A stretch of DNA of 64,000 bases. It comes from Deferribacterales bacterium. Its GTDB lineage: Bacteria; Chrysiogenota; Deferribacteres; Deferribacterales; Geovibrionaceae. The stretch is taken from the NCBI GenBank assembly GCA_050253335.1, contig JBFWJG010000003.1, positions 14,143-78,142 on the forward strand. The letters are read 5' to 3'. The position numbers and the translations under genes are program-made. The notes below the pieces were generated by a model, which was given only the letters and a program-made list of their open reading frames with translations, was not told where the DNA came from and made no database searches. Positions 17,347 through 26,597 of the stretch are shown piece after piece (position 1 is the first letter of the stretch; the number at the start of each line of letters is the position of its first letter).

Positions 17347-17967
17347 TTATATTGTGGAAGCGGTAAATTTTTTAAGTGCTTTTCCGACCGCTTTATAAAA
17401 TGAAGTTTCGGCATTTTCAGCTACAGCATCCGCGAATTTTGACGCAAACGGGAGGAAATATGCCGTTTCGAACATTTTTCTCAGCTCCGTCAATATACCT
17501 GCATCCTCTTTATTTTTCTCTATTTCTGCATTTCTTAGGCGCACTCCGAGCAGATGCATAAACTCAAGCTCTATTGCGATGTGATCCGCCGGTTCGTGCA
17601 TTTCCTCTTCAACCTGAAGTCCGGCGGCTTCGTAAACAGCCGCGACATCCATTGTTGTTTTCCCCATAATCTGCCTGTCCTTTTCAAGATAAACAGAACC
17701 GTAAGGCGGGCAGGGCAGTTCGAAAGGGCCTATGAAAAGCCTTGCGAAATCCAACTCAAGAGCCTCTTCCGAAGTTTCGGCAAAAGCCGTCTTCAGTTCC
17801 TCGGCCTCTTTATTTATTCCAAGCGAATCCAGCCCGAAGACTAAAGATTCGATTATTGTCTTTTCTTCCAGTATTGTTTCTTTGGGCGGATAAAAACACA
17901 ATGCAAAAAGCCTGTAAATTTCAGTTTCTATCACTGCCGTTTCGGGGAATTTCGTTTCCATATTCAC
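17347..17967 (-). CDS. TorD/DmsD-family molybdoenzyme chaperone (ArrD-like)
   Basis: 'RLFIGP...PPYGSVY' and 'EPADHIAIELEFM' motifs. Confidence 0.9.
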   Translation of the reverse strand: MNMETKFPETAVIETEIYRLFALCFYPPKETILEEKTIIESLVFGLDSLGINKEAEELKTAFAETSEEALELDFARLFIGPFELPCPPYGSVYLEKDRQIMGKTTMDVAAVYEAAGLQVEEEMHEPADHIAIELEFMHLLGVRLRNAEIEKNKEDAGILTELRKMFETAYFLPFASKFADAVAENAETSFYKAVGKALKKFTASTI

Positions 17968-17997
17968 TCCGTTGTGAAAAAAATAAACTCAAATAAT

Positions 17998-18023
17998 GGC
18001 GGAGAGGCAAACGCCCCTCCGCC
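17998..18023 (-). terminator. Intra-operon stem-loop between arrB and the chaperone gene
   Basis: ggcggagaggc-aaac-gcccctccgcc. Confidence 0.55.
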
Positions 18024-18050
18024 GCCGGTTTTCAAAGTGCAGCAGGCGCG

Positions 18051-18806
18051 CTACACCTTAAACTTTCTTATGTAGTAAACATTAGGTTTGGTCCCTTCCT
18101 CGGGTTTAAGCACCATGGAGGGATATTTAGCAAGAAGTTTGCTTACTTCGCTGTTCGGATCGTCCTTATCACCCACAACCCTTGCTCCTGACGGGCAGGA
18201 TTTCACGCACCATGGTTTTTCGTTGACCATCAGCCTGTGGTGGCAGAGGTAGCATTTTTCGGTAACGCCTGCTCTGCGCACAGCCTCGTACTCAGGGTGA
18301 GAGTAATTTGTTTTATAAGGAGGAAGCCCGCCTGTTTTCTTTGCGGTTTCAGCACCGCTTGCAGTTGCTCCGGGAATCACCGCAGCTTTAGAAGTGTATG
18401 CCGAATGCACATCCTCGCCGTCAAAGTTAAAGCTGATTACGCTGTATTCGGCTTTTTCCGCCGCCACATCCTCCGCGCTGTAAGGACATGCTATCTGGCA
18501 TGAGCGGCAGCCGATGCAGCGCTCATCATTGTGCATAGTTATGCCTTCGGGCGTTTTGAACATAGCCTTTGGCGTCACAGGGCACGCTTCAACACATGCG
18601 GCATTTGAGCAGTGGTTACAGAGAACAGGGATGGCTGCAAAGCTCACATCGGGAAATCTGCCTTCCATCTTGATCATAAAATCAGCCCAGTTGAAGGTCT
18701 GTCCGTTTTTTCTGTCGGGTGTGTTGTTTTCAGTTTTGCAGGCTATTCCGCAAGCCCCGCACCCAACGCATTTCTGAAGATCTATTACCATACAGTATTG
18801 AGCCAT
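18051..18806 (-). CDS. arrB: Respiratory arsenate reductase Fe-S subunit
   Basis: Four Cys clusters (CVGCGAC..C, CNHC...C...C, CIGCRSC..C, CYLC...C..C); follows arrA. Confidence 0.9.
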   Translation of the reverse strand: MAQYCMVIDLQKCVGCGACGIACKTENNTPDRKNGQTFNWADFMIKMEGRFPDVSFAAIPVLCNHCSNAACVEACPVTPKAMFKTPEGITMHNDERCIGCRSCQIACPYSAEDVAAEKAEYSVISFNFDGEDVHSAYTSKAAVIPGATASGAETAKKTGGLPPYKTNYSHPEYEAVRRAGVTEKCYLCHHRLMVNEKPWCVKSCPSGARVVGDKDDPNSEVSKLLAKYPSMVLKPEEGTKPNVYYIRKFKV

Positions 18807-18817
18807 TTTTTACCTCC

Positions 18818-21349
18818 TTACGCCTTCTCGATTTTGACGCCGCAAAGACCGCCGTTTCTTGCTGTCGATCCGGTGAGCCTGTCGTAGTCGGCGGGGATAA
18901 GCTCATTGTTGTTAAACGTGTAGGCCTCTTTGCCGAACCTTTTTGAAGCAACCTTTCCGTATGCCCAGTGACCCTGTCCGTAAGCTTTTGCCACTGTTCC
19001 GGGGCGTATTCCCTCCCAGTAGCGTACTTTCGTCATGAATGTGCCTGCCACGGAAGATATTTTCGCCATTCCGCCGTCAGCTATGCCGAGTTTCTGCGCG
19101 TCTGCGGGGTTCATTTTGAGAACGTCCTCCCAGCTTGCATCACCTGCATCAACCTTCTTAAATTCCATGTACCACGTACAGTTAGCGCTTCTTCCTTCTC
19201 TGTTCAGCCTTGATTTGTGGTCAATGAACGTGAAGGGATATTCCTCTCTGCTGCCGTAGCGGAAGGGAGATTCATAGTGAGGCACAAATGCTTTTTCGCC
19301 TCTGGCCTCGTAGTTGCAGGCCTCAAGAACCTTATCCACATCAACTTTGTTGTTTGCTGCGTGTTCATTGAGCGCTTTTTTAAGCGTTTCACTGTAGAAC
19401 TCAAATTTCTGAGTCGCGGTTTTGTATTTGCCCCAGCGCCCTTTAAATTTATAGGGAGCGGAGTTCCACACGCCGACCTCTTTGAATTTTTCCCATGAGC
19501 CGATAACATCGCCGAGTGCGGGGTCTGTGTTTGACCATGCAGGGTGGGTGTAGTATTTAACCGCATTTACGGCAAATTCTTTCTCGTTTTCGGGAAGCTT
19601 GCCTGTTTCAACATCCTTGAACTCATTGGTGTAGAACTCAAGAAGCTTTGTAAAACCTCTTTCGGCAAATTTTTTCGCCAGAAGATAAGGAATTTCGGTT
19701 TCATCATCTTTGCAGTCCCACACAGGCTTAATAACAGGCTGAAGTATGGTGCTGAAGCTGAACTGACCGCCCTTGTTTTTCAGATATGCCCATTTTTCCG
19801 TTGCGGACTGGGTAGCGGGCAGAACTATGTCTGCAAACATAGTCAGTTCTGAAGCATGGGTTGTAAGGTGGACGTAGAATATTTCGTTTTCTGCAAACAT
19901 CTTCTCCCATCTCTGGGCACCGGTGCCTGAGAAGGGGAAGTTGTTCATGTAGCCGAGACCCATTTTTATGTCGTAGGGTTTTTTCGCCATAATGGCGTCC
20001 GGCAGGTTGTTTGTTATAACTCCGGAGCCGGGCTTGCCGCTTGCCATTGCGGGGAAAGCGAGTGTGCCCCTCTGGTCTATCTTTTTATTCTTTTTCTTAG
20101 CTGTTTCATCAAGATAGGGATCAAGCTTCTGGAGGCCGTTGCCGAGAATTTTGGCTCCTGCCATGTGCCCGCCTATGTTGTCGCTGCTGCCCATTAGTCC
20201 GCTGAGAGCGTGAACAGCCATAGCGGCGTAAGTTCCCCTGACATGCATGGCGGCGCCCGGCCCGAGCCATACAACAACATTAGGAGCGGCCTTTGCCATA
20301 TCCCTTGCCGTCTGGTATATCTGCGATGCGGGAATACCGCAAAGCTTCTCAGCCCATTCGGGAGTTTTATCCTTGAGCTCTATGTTCCACCACTTAACAA
20401 TACCGTTGGTCTGGATCTCCTTAAATGTGTCTTCCGCTACCGTTTCCCCTTTTTTAAAGCGGTTCATGCCGTCAGTAAAGTCGCCCACATAATCTTTGTA
20501 CCAGAGCCCTTCAGTGAGTATAACGTGAGCCATAGCCACTGCAAGAGCTCCGTCTTCACCGGGAAGAACAGGAAGCCAGTCATGAGCTTTTGCGGATGAG
20601 GCGTTCATTTTGGGGTCAACAACCACAACTCTGGCTCGATCCAGCACTTCACCGAACTTTTTGATGGTATATGGAACCTGGCGGTTTGAGCTGAGAGGAT
20701 CAAGACCCCAGATAAGCATGAACTTGGTATTGAGCATATCATAATCACGGTAGTCCCAGAGACCCTCAGTGAAAAATGCGCCTGATTTTTCAGCCTCGGC
20801 ACAGAGAGCAGAGTGGCTTATGTTGTTTGGAGAACCGTAGATCTTTGTCATCGCATCATAAAGCAGAACGTTCATGTGCGTGTAGCGGCCGCGGTTAAGC
20901 ATATATTTATGAGCTTCACCGTTGTTGCGGAGCTCCATCATTTTATCCGCAATGGTGTTAAGAGCCTCGTCCCATGAGATGGGAACAAATTTGGGGTCAA
21001 CGCCTCTGCCTTTTTTGGGGTTAGTCCTCTTCATGGGCACTTTAACCCTGTCGGGGTCATAGACCTGCTGAAGAATGAGGTGTGCTCTGGGGCAGCATGT
21101 CCCTTCGTTTGATTTACTGTTGGGGTTGCCGCGTACCTTTACGGCTCTTCCGTCCTGAACAAAAATCTGTATAGGGTCCCATGTGGTACAGCCCTGACAG
21201 GATGTGGAAATCCATTTGCCGGGAGCCTCGCCTATCTTCTTTTCGCCTTTTGCCGGGGCAAGGGCGTTGCCGGAAACACCGCAGCCCACCGCGGCAACTG
21301 CACCTGCGGCGGCGGAAGCTTTAATAAAATTCCTTCTGCTTATACGCAT
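18818..21349 (-). CDS. arrA: Respiratory arsenate reductase molybdopterin subunit
   Basis: Tat signal SRRNFIK; RGRY and SHSALCAEAEK ArrA active-site motifs (not the GRGW of ArxA). Confidence 0.92.
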   Translation of the reverse strand: MRISRRNFIKASAAAGAVAAVGCGVSGNALAPAKGEKKIGEAPGKWISTSCQGCTTWDPIQIFVQDGRAVKVRGNPNSKSNEGTCCPRAHLILQQVYDPDRVKVPMKRTNPKKGRGVDPKFVPISWDEALNTIADKMMELRNNGEAHKYMLNRGRYTHMNVLLYDAMTKIYGSPNNISHSALCAEAEKSGAFFTEGLWDYRDYDMLNTKFMLIWGLDPLSSNRQVPYTIKKFGEVLDRARVVVVDPKMNASSAKAHDWLPVLPGEDGALAVAMAHVILTEGLWYKDYVGDFTDGMNRFKKGETVAEDTFKEIQTNGIVKWWNIELKDKTPEWAEKLCGIPASQIYQTARDMAKAAPNVVVWLGPGAAMHVRGTYAAMAVHALSGLMGSSDNIGGHMAGAKILGNGLQKLDPYLDETAKKKNKKIDQRGTLAFPAMASGKPGSGVITNNLPDAIMAKKPYDIKMGLGYMNNFPFSGTGAQRWEKMFAENEIFYVHLTTHASELTMFADIVLPATQSATEKWAYLKNKGGQFSFSTILQPVIKPVWDCKDDETEIPYLLAKKFAERGFTKLLEFYTNEFKDVETGKLPENEKEFAVNAVKYYTHPAWSNTDPALGDVIGSWEKFKEVGVWNSAPYKFKGRWGKYKTATQKFEFYSETLKKALNEHAANNKVDVDKVLEACNYEARGEKAFVPHYESPFRYGSREEYPFTFIDHKSRLNREGRSANCTWYMEFKKVDAGDASWEDVLKMNPADAQKLGIADGGMAKISSVAGTFMTKVRYWEGIRPGTVAKAYGQGHWAYGKVASKRFGKEAYTFNNNELIPADYDRLTGSTARNGGLCGVKIEKA

Positions 21350-21386
21350 CCGTTCCTCCTTAGTTAAACTGAACTAAATCGTTTAA

Positions 21387-21402
21387 TGCAAAACGGATGC
21401 CA
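21387..21402 (-). promoter_or_regulatory. Sigma54 (-24/-12) promoter of arrA
   Basis: Minus strand TGGCAT-CCGTT-TTGCA matches TGGCAC-N5-TTGCW. Confidence 0.85.
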
Positions 21403-21453
21403 TGAATTTTATGCATAAAGCACTGATAAAACAGATTAATTAGACGAGGCTAA

Positions 21454-21489
21454 GTATACTTAATATACAACCTCGTATAGAAACTATAC
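21454..21489. promoter_or_regulatory. Two tandem GTATA-N5-TATAC inverted repeats, putative upstream activator sites
   Basis: gtatacttaatatac (21454-21468) and gtatagaaactatac (21475-21489), 21 bp apart. Confidence 0.65.
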
Positions 21490-21498
21490 AAATAAATG

Positions 21499-22878
21499 TT
21501 AAATACTTATGCCGTATTTTTTCATTTTCGCATTCAGAGTCACTCTGGTTATTCCAAGCTCCTCGGCGGTGTGCGAAAGGTGGTTCGAGTTTTTCAGCAG
21601 ACTTTTCTCTATAAGGGTTTTCTCAAGCTCCTCCACGCTTCTGTTAAGAGTATCCGACGGAAATTTAGCAAAAAAATATTCCCACAGAACTGTTGCGGAG
21701 TTCACGGACTTTTCAGCCGTATGCTCCGCAAGCTGTATATCGGACTCAGTTATCCTGTTTGAAGAAGAGAGTATCACGGCTTTTTTGATAACATTCTGCA
21801 TCTCCCTTATATTTCCCGGCCAGGGGTAGCTTCTGAATATATCAACTACCTCCCTGTCTATGCAGCAGATGCTTTTACCGGCCTCACGGGCGTATTTCGC
21901 AGTGAAGAATACGGCAAGCGGAGGGATGTCATCTGTTCTTTCCCTCAGAGGCGGAAGCTTGATGTCGACAACATTCAGCCGGTAAAACAGATCAGTGCGG
22001 AATTCCCCTGCGCCAATGAGTTCCGCTATGTTCCTGTTTGTGGCGGAAACAATGCGCACGTCAACATGAACAGGCTTGTTGGAACCGAGCTTCTCAATTG
22101 TGCCGTTCTGGAGCACTCTCAGCATTTTAGACTGAAGTTCAACAGGCAGTTCACCTATCTCGTCCAGAAAAAGGGTTCCGGTGTGGGCAGCTTCAAACTT
22201 CCCTATTCTGTCCTGATGGGCTCCGGTGAAGGCTCCTTTGACATAGCCGAAAAGCTCGCTCTCAAGCAGTTCACGGGGGATAGCCGCGCAGTTTATCACC
22301 ACAAAAGGCTTGTCCCTGCGGTGGCTCCGTTCGTGAACAAGACCTGCTATCAGTTCTTTGCCTGTTCCGCTTTCTCCGGTTATGAAAACAGGGGTGTTCG
22401 AGTTTGCGACTGTGGCAATGAGCTTAAAAACATCACGGATCTTGCGTGACGAACCCACAAAGGCAGAGCCTTTTTCATCGGTCTCCTCCACAGCGAGCGC
22501 GTCCTCCCCGCAGGAAATCTTCTCAGGGCGGGCATACTTCTCAATGCAGACGGTAAGCTCCTCATAATCAACCGGTTTCACAAGAAAGTCCGCCGCTCCC
22601 AGCTTAAACGAGTCAAGCACCGTATCGCTTGTGCCGAAGGCTGTCAGCATGACCACGGGTACAGATGGCGAAATTTCCTTTATTTTTTCCAGAACCTCAA
22701 GACCGTTCTCCGAGCCCAGCCTGTAGTCCAGCAGAATAAGGCTGAAGTTCTCCCCGCCGAGATGACTGAAAGCCTCGTCTGAACCGGAGGCGGTGCTGAC
22801 TGAATATCTTCCGGAAAGAACCCGTTTCATGCCGTAGCAGAGGGATGTATCATCGTCAATTATCAGTATTTTTTTCAT
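21499..22878 (-). CDS. Sigma54-dependent response regulator (ArrR/AioR-like, NtrC family)
   Basis: REC domain, GESGTGKE, GAFTGA, C-terminal Fis HTH. Confidence 0.9.
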   Translation of the reverse strand: MKKILIIDDDTSLCYGMKRVLSGRYSVSTASGSDEAFSHLGGENFSLILLDYRLGSENGLEVLEKIKEISPSVPVVMLTAFGTSDTVLDSFKLGAADFLVKPVDYEELTVCIEKYARPEKISCGEDALAVEETDEKGSAFVGSSRKIRDVFKLIATVANSNTPVFITGESGTGKELIAGLVHERSHRRDKPFVVINCAAIPRELLESELFGYVKGAFTGAHQDRIGKFEAAHTGTLFLDEIGELPVELQSKMLRVLQNGTIEKLGSNKPVHVDVRIVSATNRNIAELIGAGEFRTDLFYRLNVVDIKLPPLRERTDDIPPLAVFFTAKYAREAGKSICCIDREVVDIFRSYPWPGNIREMQNVIKKAVILSSSNRITESDIQLAEHTAEKSVNSATVLWEYFFAKFPSDTLNRSVEELEKTLIEKSLLKNSNHLSHTAEELGITRVTLNAKMKKYGISI

Positions 22879-24235
22879 AATCCTTCACTTTTATAATGAA
22901 TTTTGCTCCGCTGGAATAAGACTTGTCCAGTTCAATTCCGCCGCCCAGAATCTCCAGAATCATCTCCGTGTATGTCAGCCCCAGACCTGTTCCGGTCGCC
23001 TTGGATGTGTAAAACGGCATAAAAATTTTGGACTGTTTCTCCGGCGGGATTCCGCAGCCGTTGTCGGAAATCTCAAACACCACTAACCCGTTTTCACTCC
23101 TGAAACCGAAGCTGACTTTTGTTGCCCCCGCCTCTGCGGAGTTGTGCACCATGCTGATCAGTACCTGATACAGCTTTTCCGGATCGCTGACAAAGCTTAT
23201 GTTCTGCCCTGCCTGAACCGATGCCGAGAGATTATCTTTAAACCTGCTTTTGACATACTGCACAAGATAGGCTGTCACCGCATGGGCGGATGTTTCCTCA
23301 AACCTGATCTCCATGGGGCGGGACAGACTGAGAAAGTCGTTAAGGGTCGCCACTATCCTGTCCGACTCTTTACGCATAACTGCCAGATCCTCTGCCGACT
23401 GAGGATCGGAATGATTTTCCTTCAGACTCATGGAGAGCAGATTTATTGTCATGATCGGATTTTTGAGCTCATGGGCGAGCCCAGCCGCCATAGTGCCCAC
23501 GGTCGCAAGCCTTTCACTCCTTTTAAGCTGTTCGCTTTGAAGGTAAATCTCGTTCAGCGCATCCTTGAGCGTGCGTGACATGTTTCCCAGAGTTTCCGCA
23601 AGCGCCTTTATCTCTGTTGTCGCGTATTTATCGGTTTCGATCTTTTCCGGCAGGTTGTCGAGGGTGAATTTGTTTATTTCATCCGAAAGAGACTGGAGAG
23701 GTTTGGTAATGAAAACGGATATTTTCGTGGCAAAAACAAGACCGATTCCCAGAAGAATCAGGAAAAAAAAGCAGGTTTCCACAAACTGAAGCGCAACTGC
23801 GCTGTTCACATAAGCGCTGTTCAGAACGTACACCACTTCGCCGATCACTTCGTTTTTCGCAAGCACCTTATACTCAAAATACCACCCCTCACGCATGGAT
23901 TCATCCCATACGCCCTGTGTGAGAGCATCCACCACAAGGTGTCCGCCGCTGTCGAAAAGATAGACATTTTTTATGAATTCATGGGCATCCGTGGAGGCTT
24001 TCAGAAGTGAATACATATCATATATGTTGTCGTAAAGCATCGCTTCTGAGATATACGATTCGATAACCTTGTGCTGGCTCGCCAGTGTGTTTTCAGCGCC
24101 TCTTCGTATGAACTGATACTGGAAGGAGGTCACCACGGCAAGTTCAAGTACCATAGCCGAAATCCCCAGGAAAACTATCAGCAGGAGAACCCGGTTTCTG
24201 AATGAATCGGGAATAAACCTAGCGGGAATGCGCAT
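22856..24235 (-). CDS. Sensor histidine kinase (ArrS/AioS-like)
   Basis: 2 TM, HAMP, AHELKNP H-box, DNGCGI, GTGLGL. Confidence 0.9.
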   Translation of the reverse strand: MRIPARFIPDSFRNRVLLLIVFLGISAMVLELAVVTSFQYQFIRRGAENTLASQHKVIESYISEAMLYDNIYDMYSLLKASTDAHEFIKNVYLFDSGGHLVVDALTQGVWDESMREGWYFEYKVLAKNEVIGEVVYVLNSAYVNSAVALQFVETCFFFLILLGIGLVFATKISVFITKPLQSLSDEINKFTLDNLPEKIETDKYATTEIKALAETLGNMSRTLKDALNEIYLQSEQLKRSERLATVGTMAAGLAHELKNPIMTINLLSMSLKENHSDPQSAEDLAVMRKESDRIVATLNDFLSLSRPMEIRFEETSAHAVTAYLVQYVKSRFKDNLSASVQAGQNISFVSDPEKLYQVLISMVHNSAEAGATKVSFGFRSENGLVVFEISDNGCGIPPEKQSKIFMPFYTSKATGTGLGLTYTEMILEILGGGIELDKSYSSGAKFIIKVKDYEKNTDN

Positions 24236-25082
24236 CTAGGAACTTCTTCATTTCTATCATGCTGTCGAGGCTGTGGCTGTCCGGCGGAATCAGCCTGTCA
24301 ACAAGAATACCGCCGAGGATTTTCCGTCCGTCATCATCCTTGTGCATGTTTGTCAGGGCATTCTGCATTTTTTTAAAAAGCTTTTCGGACACTTTGCCGG
24401 AAGCTACTATCGGAGGAGCGAGAAACTCAGGGGAAACATCGATTATACGGATGTTCGCAACCTTTTCGGGATACTTTTCCCTGAAGTATTCGAATATCAG
24501 ACTGTCAACCGCCGCACCCGCAACCACACCGCTGTTCACAAGAAATATGGATTTGTCGTGGTTGCCTGTGTAATAAACCTTGGAAAAATAACGTTCAGGT
24601 GTTTTTCCCGTATTTTTGGTAACAAGGTAGGTTGGATAAAGCGCCCCGCTGTTTGACAGGCTGTCTGTGAAGGCGAATGTCTGCCCTTTGAGTTCATCAA
24701 CCGACTTTATTCCGGACTTTTCTGAAACTATTACATAGGAATTGTAAGAGGATTTGCCCCTGACAACAGGAATGGCAAGAACCTTATAGTCTTTTTCATT
24801 CAGGTCAAGAAGAGCGCCGGTGCAGACAGTGGCCACATCCACCTCGCCTTCCCTTATCATTGTGTTCATTTTGGCGTAGCTGTCCTTCTGAAAGAAAGCA
24901 ACCTTCATACTAAGCTTTTTACCGAGATAATCGCTGAGAGCGCTGTACTGGCTGTAGCTTTCCCCGGGGGAAATAACCGAAGCTACGCCGAAGCGTATGG
25001 TATCTTTCTCAAGCGCATGACCGGAAGAGGACAGAAATATCGATAAACAGAAAAGTAATAAAAGACTAAAAGTGTTCTTCAT
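24219..25082 (-). CDS. Periplasmic oxyanion-binding protein (ArrT/AioX/ArxX-like, PhnD fold)
   Basis: Signal peptide, FAFTDSLSNSG, conserved-looking VCTGA Cys, GAAVDSLI; co-operonic with HK and RR. Confidence 0.85.
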   Translation of the reverse strand: MKNTFSLLLLFCLSIFLSSSGHALEKDTIRFGVASVISPGESYSQYSALSDYLGKKLSMKVAFFQKDSYAKMNTMIREGEVDVATVCTGALLDLNEKDYKVLAIPVVRGKSSYNSYVIVSEKSGIKSVDELKGQTFAFTDSLSNSGALYPTYLVTKNTGKTPERYFSKVYYTGNHDKSIFLVNSGVVAGAAVDSLIFEYFREKYPEKVANIRIIDVSPEFLAPPIVASGKVSEKLFKKMQNALTNMHKDDDGRKILGGILVDRLIPPDSHSLDSMIEMKKFLDAHSR

Positions 25083-25238
25083 CAGTTTTTCTCCTACTCT
25101 GGGTATTGGAGGTAAAAACATTTAAGATGTATGGAGGCTCCAGACTCATTATGATATGCATAAAAATAAGAGAATTGAAAGAATAAATTAATCTGATAAT
25201 TCTGCAGCCGGAAACAATATTCCGGCTGCACAAGCCTC

Positions 25239-25667
25239 TCATGCTGTTTTAAGCCAATCCTCAAGCTTTGCTCTTATCATATCCCTTACTTCTCTCGCAG
25301 CCTGAAGCTTCTCATCATGTCCGCCTTCCGCCGCGGATGGATCGGGGAATGTCCAGTGAATCCTTCTGACTTCCACGCCGGGGAAAAGCGGGCACTTTTC
25401 CGCGGCTTCCGCGTCGCAGACAGTGATGATATAGCTGAATACCTTGCCCGCCTTGAAAAAATCGAAAACACTGTCCACACTGTTTCCTGAAATATCAATA
25501 CCTGCTTCCTTCATAGCCTCCACCGCAAACGGGTTAAGCGTTCCCGGGGTCAGTCCGGCACTTTCCGCTGTAAATCTGTCAGGGGCGATACTGTTGAGCA
25601 GGGCTTCCGCCATCTGGCTCCTTGCACTGTTATGCACGCATACAAAAAGAACTTTTCTTCTGGACAT
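25239..25667 (-). CDS. arsC: Arsenate reductase, LMW-PTP/thioredoxin type
   Basis: [13 protein letters not shown]-loop, TVC...CPLFPG, HWTFPDP. Confidence 0.92.
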   Translation of the reverse strand: MSRRKVLFVCVHNSARSQMAEALLNSIAPDRFTAESAGLTPGTLNPFAVEAMKEAGIDISGNSVDSVFDFFKAGKVFSYIITVCDAEAAEKCPLFPGVEVRRIHWTFPDPSAAEGGHDEKLQAAREVRDMIRAKLEDWLKTA

Positions 25668-25715
25668 GATTCCTCCGAAATCTGACTTATTTTTGACTTG
25701 CATTTCCGCTGCTTC

Positions 25716-25735
25716 ATTTCTATAAATATAGAAAT
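25716..25735. promoter_or_regulatory. 9-2-9 perfect inverted repeat between divergent arsC and arsM, ArsR/SmtB-type operator candidate
   Basis: atttctata-aa-tatagaaat. Confidence 0.55.
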
Positions 25736-25786
25736 AAGAAATTCTCATGAAGAATACAAATAAATGTCAGAAGTTTCGGAGGCAGC

Positions 25787-26587
25787 ATGAGCCAAAGCGG
25801 TAAAGATGGAATAAGAGCAGCAGTGAGAAATAATTACAGAAAATTCGCCGTAGCGGAGCCGGCCGGATGCGGATGCGAAACTGAATCATGCTGCGGCAGC
25901 GGAAAAGCAGCGGACGCAGAATCAATTTCCGTTGTACTCGGCTACTCCGCCGAGGAGCTGGCATCCATCCCGAAAAGCGCCAATCTCGGTCTGGGCTGCG
26001 GCAACCCCATAGCAGAGGCGGAGCTTAAAATCGGGGAAACCGTTCTGGATCTCGGCAGCGGCGGCGGGATTGACTGCTTCCTCGCCTCCAGAGCAGTGGG
26101 CGCGGACGGACAGGTGATAGGCGTGGACATGACACCTGAAATGATAAGCAAGGCACGCAAAACCGCCGAAGAGAGCGGATTCGGCAATGTTGATTTCCGT
26201 CTGGGCGAGATTGAAAACCTCCCCGCAGGAGACTCCACAGTTGATGTGATAATCTCCAACTGCGTAATAAACCTCTCCCCTGATAAGGAAAAAGTGTTCA
26301 GGGAATGCTTCCGTGTTCTGAAAAAAGGCGGAAGAATCGCCGTTTCGGACATAGTGGCAACTGCCGAACTGCCTGATGAGGTTAAAAATAATCTTGCGAT
26401 GTACACAGGCTGCATGGCAGGGGCATCACACATCAAAACACTTGAGGAAATGATGCTCAGAAGCGGTTTCAGCGAAGTAAGCATAACGCCTAAGGATGAA
26501 AGCCGTGAGTTTATCTCTGAGTGGTCACCGGGGAGCAGCATTGAAGACTATGTGGTATCCGCAGTGATTAAAGCCGTTAAACAATAA
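25787..26587 (+). CDS. arsM: Arsenite S-adenosylmethionine methyltransferase
   Basis: [37 protein letters not shown]. Confidence 0.93.
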   Translation: MSQSGKDGIRAAVRNNYRKFAVAEPAGCGCETESCCGSGKAADAESISVVLGYSAEELASIPKSANLGLGCGNPIAEAELKIGETVLDLGSGGGIDCFLASRAVGADGQVIGVDMTPEMISKARKTAEESGFGNVDFRLGEIENLPAGDSTVDVIISNCVINLSPDKEKVFRECFRVLKKGGRIAVSDIVATAELPDEVKNNLAMYTGCMAGASHIKTLEEMMLRSGFSEVSITPKDESREFISEWSPGSSIEDYVVSAVIKAVKQ

Positions 26588-26597
26588 GGAGAAACAG

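Noticed and set aside
18818..21349. Anaerobic arsenite oxidase ArxA or a polysulfide reductase
   Set aside because: RGRY and SHSALCAEAEK motifs are ArrA-type.
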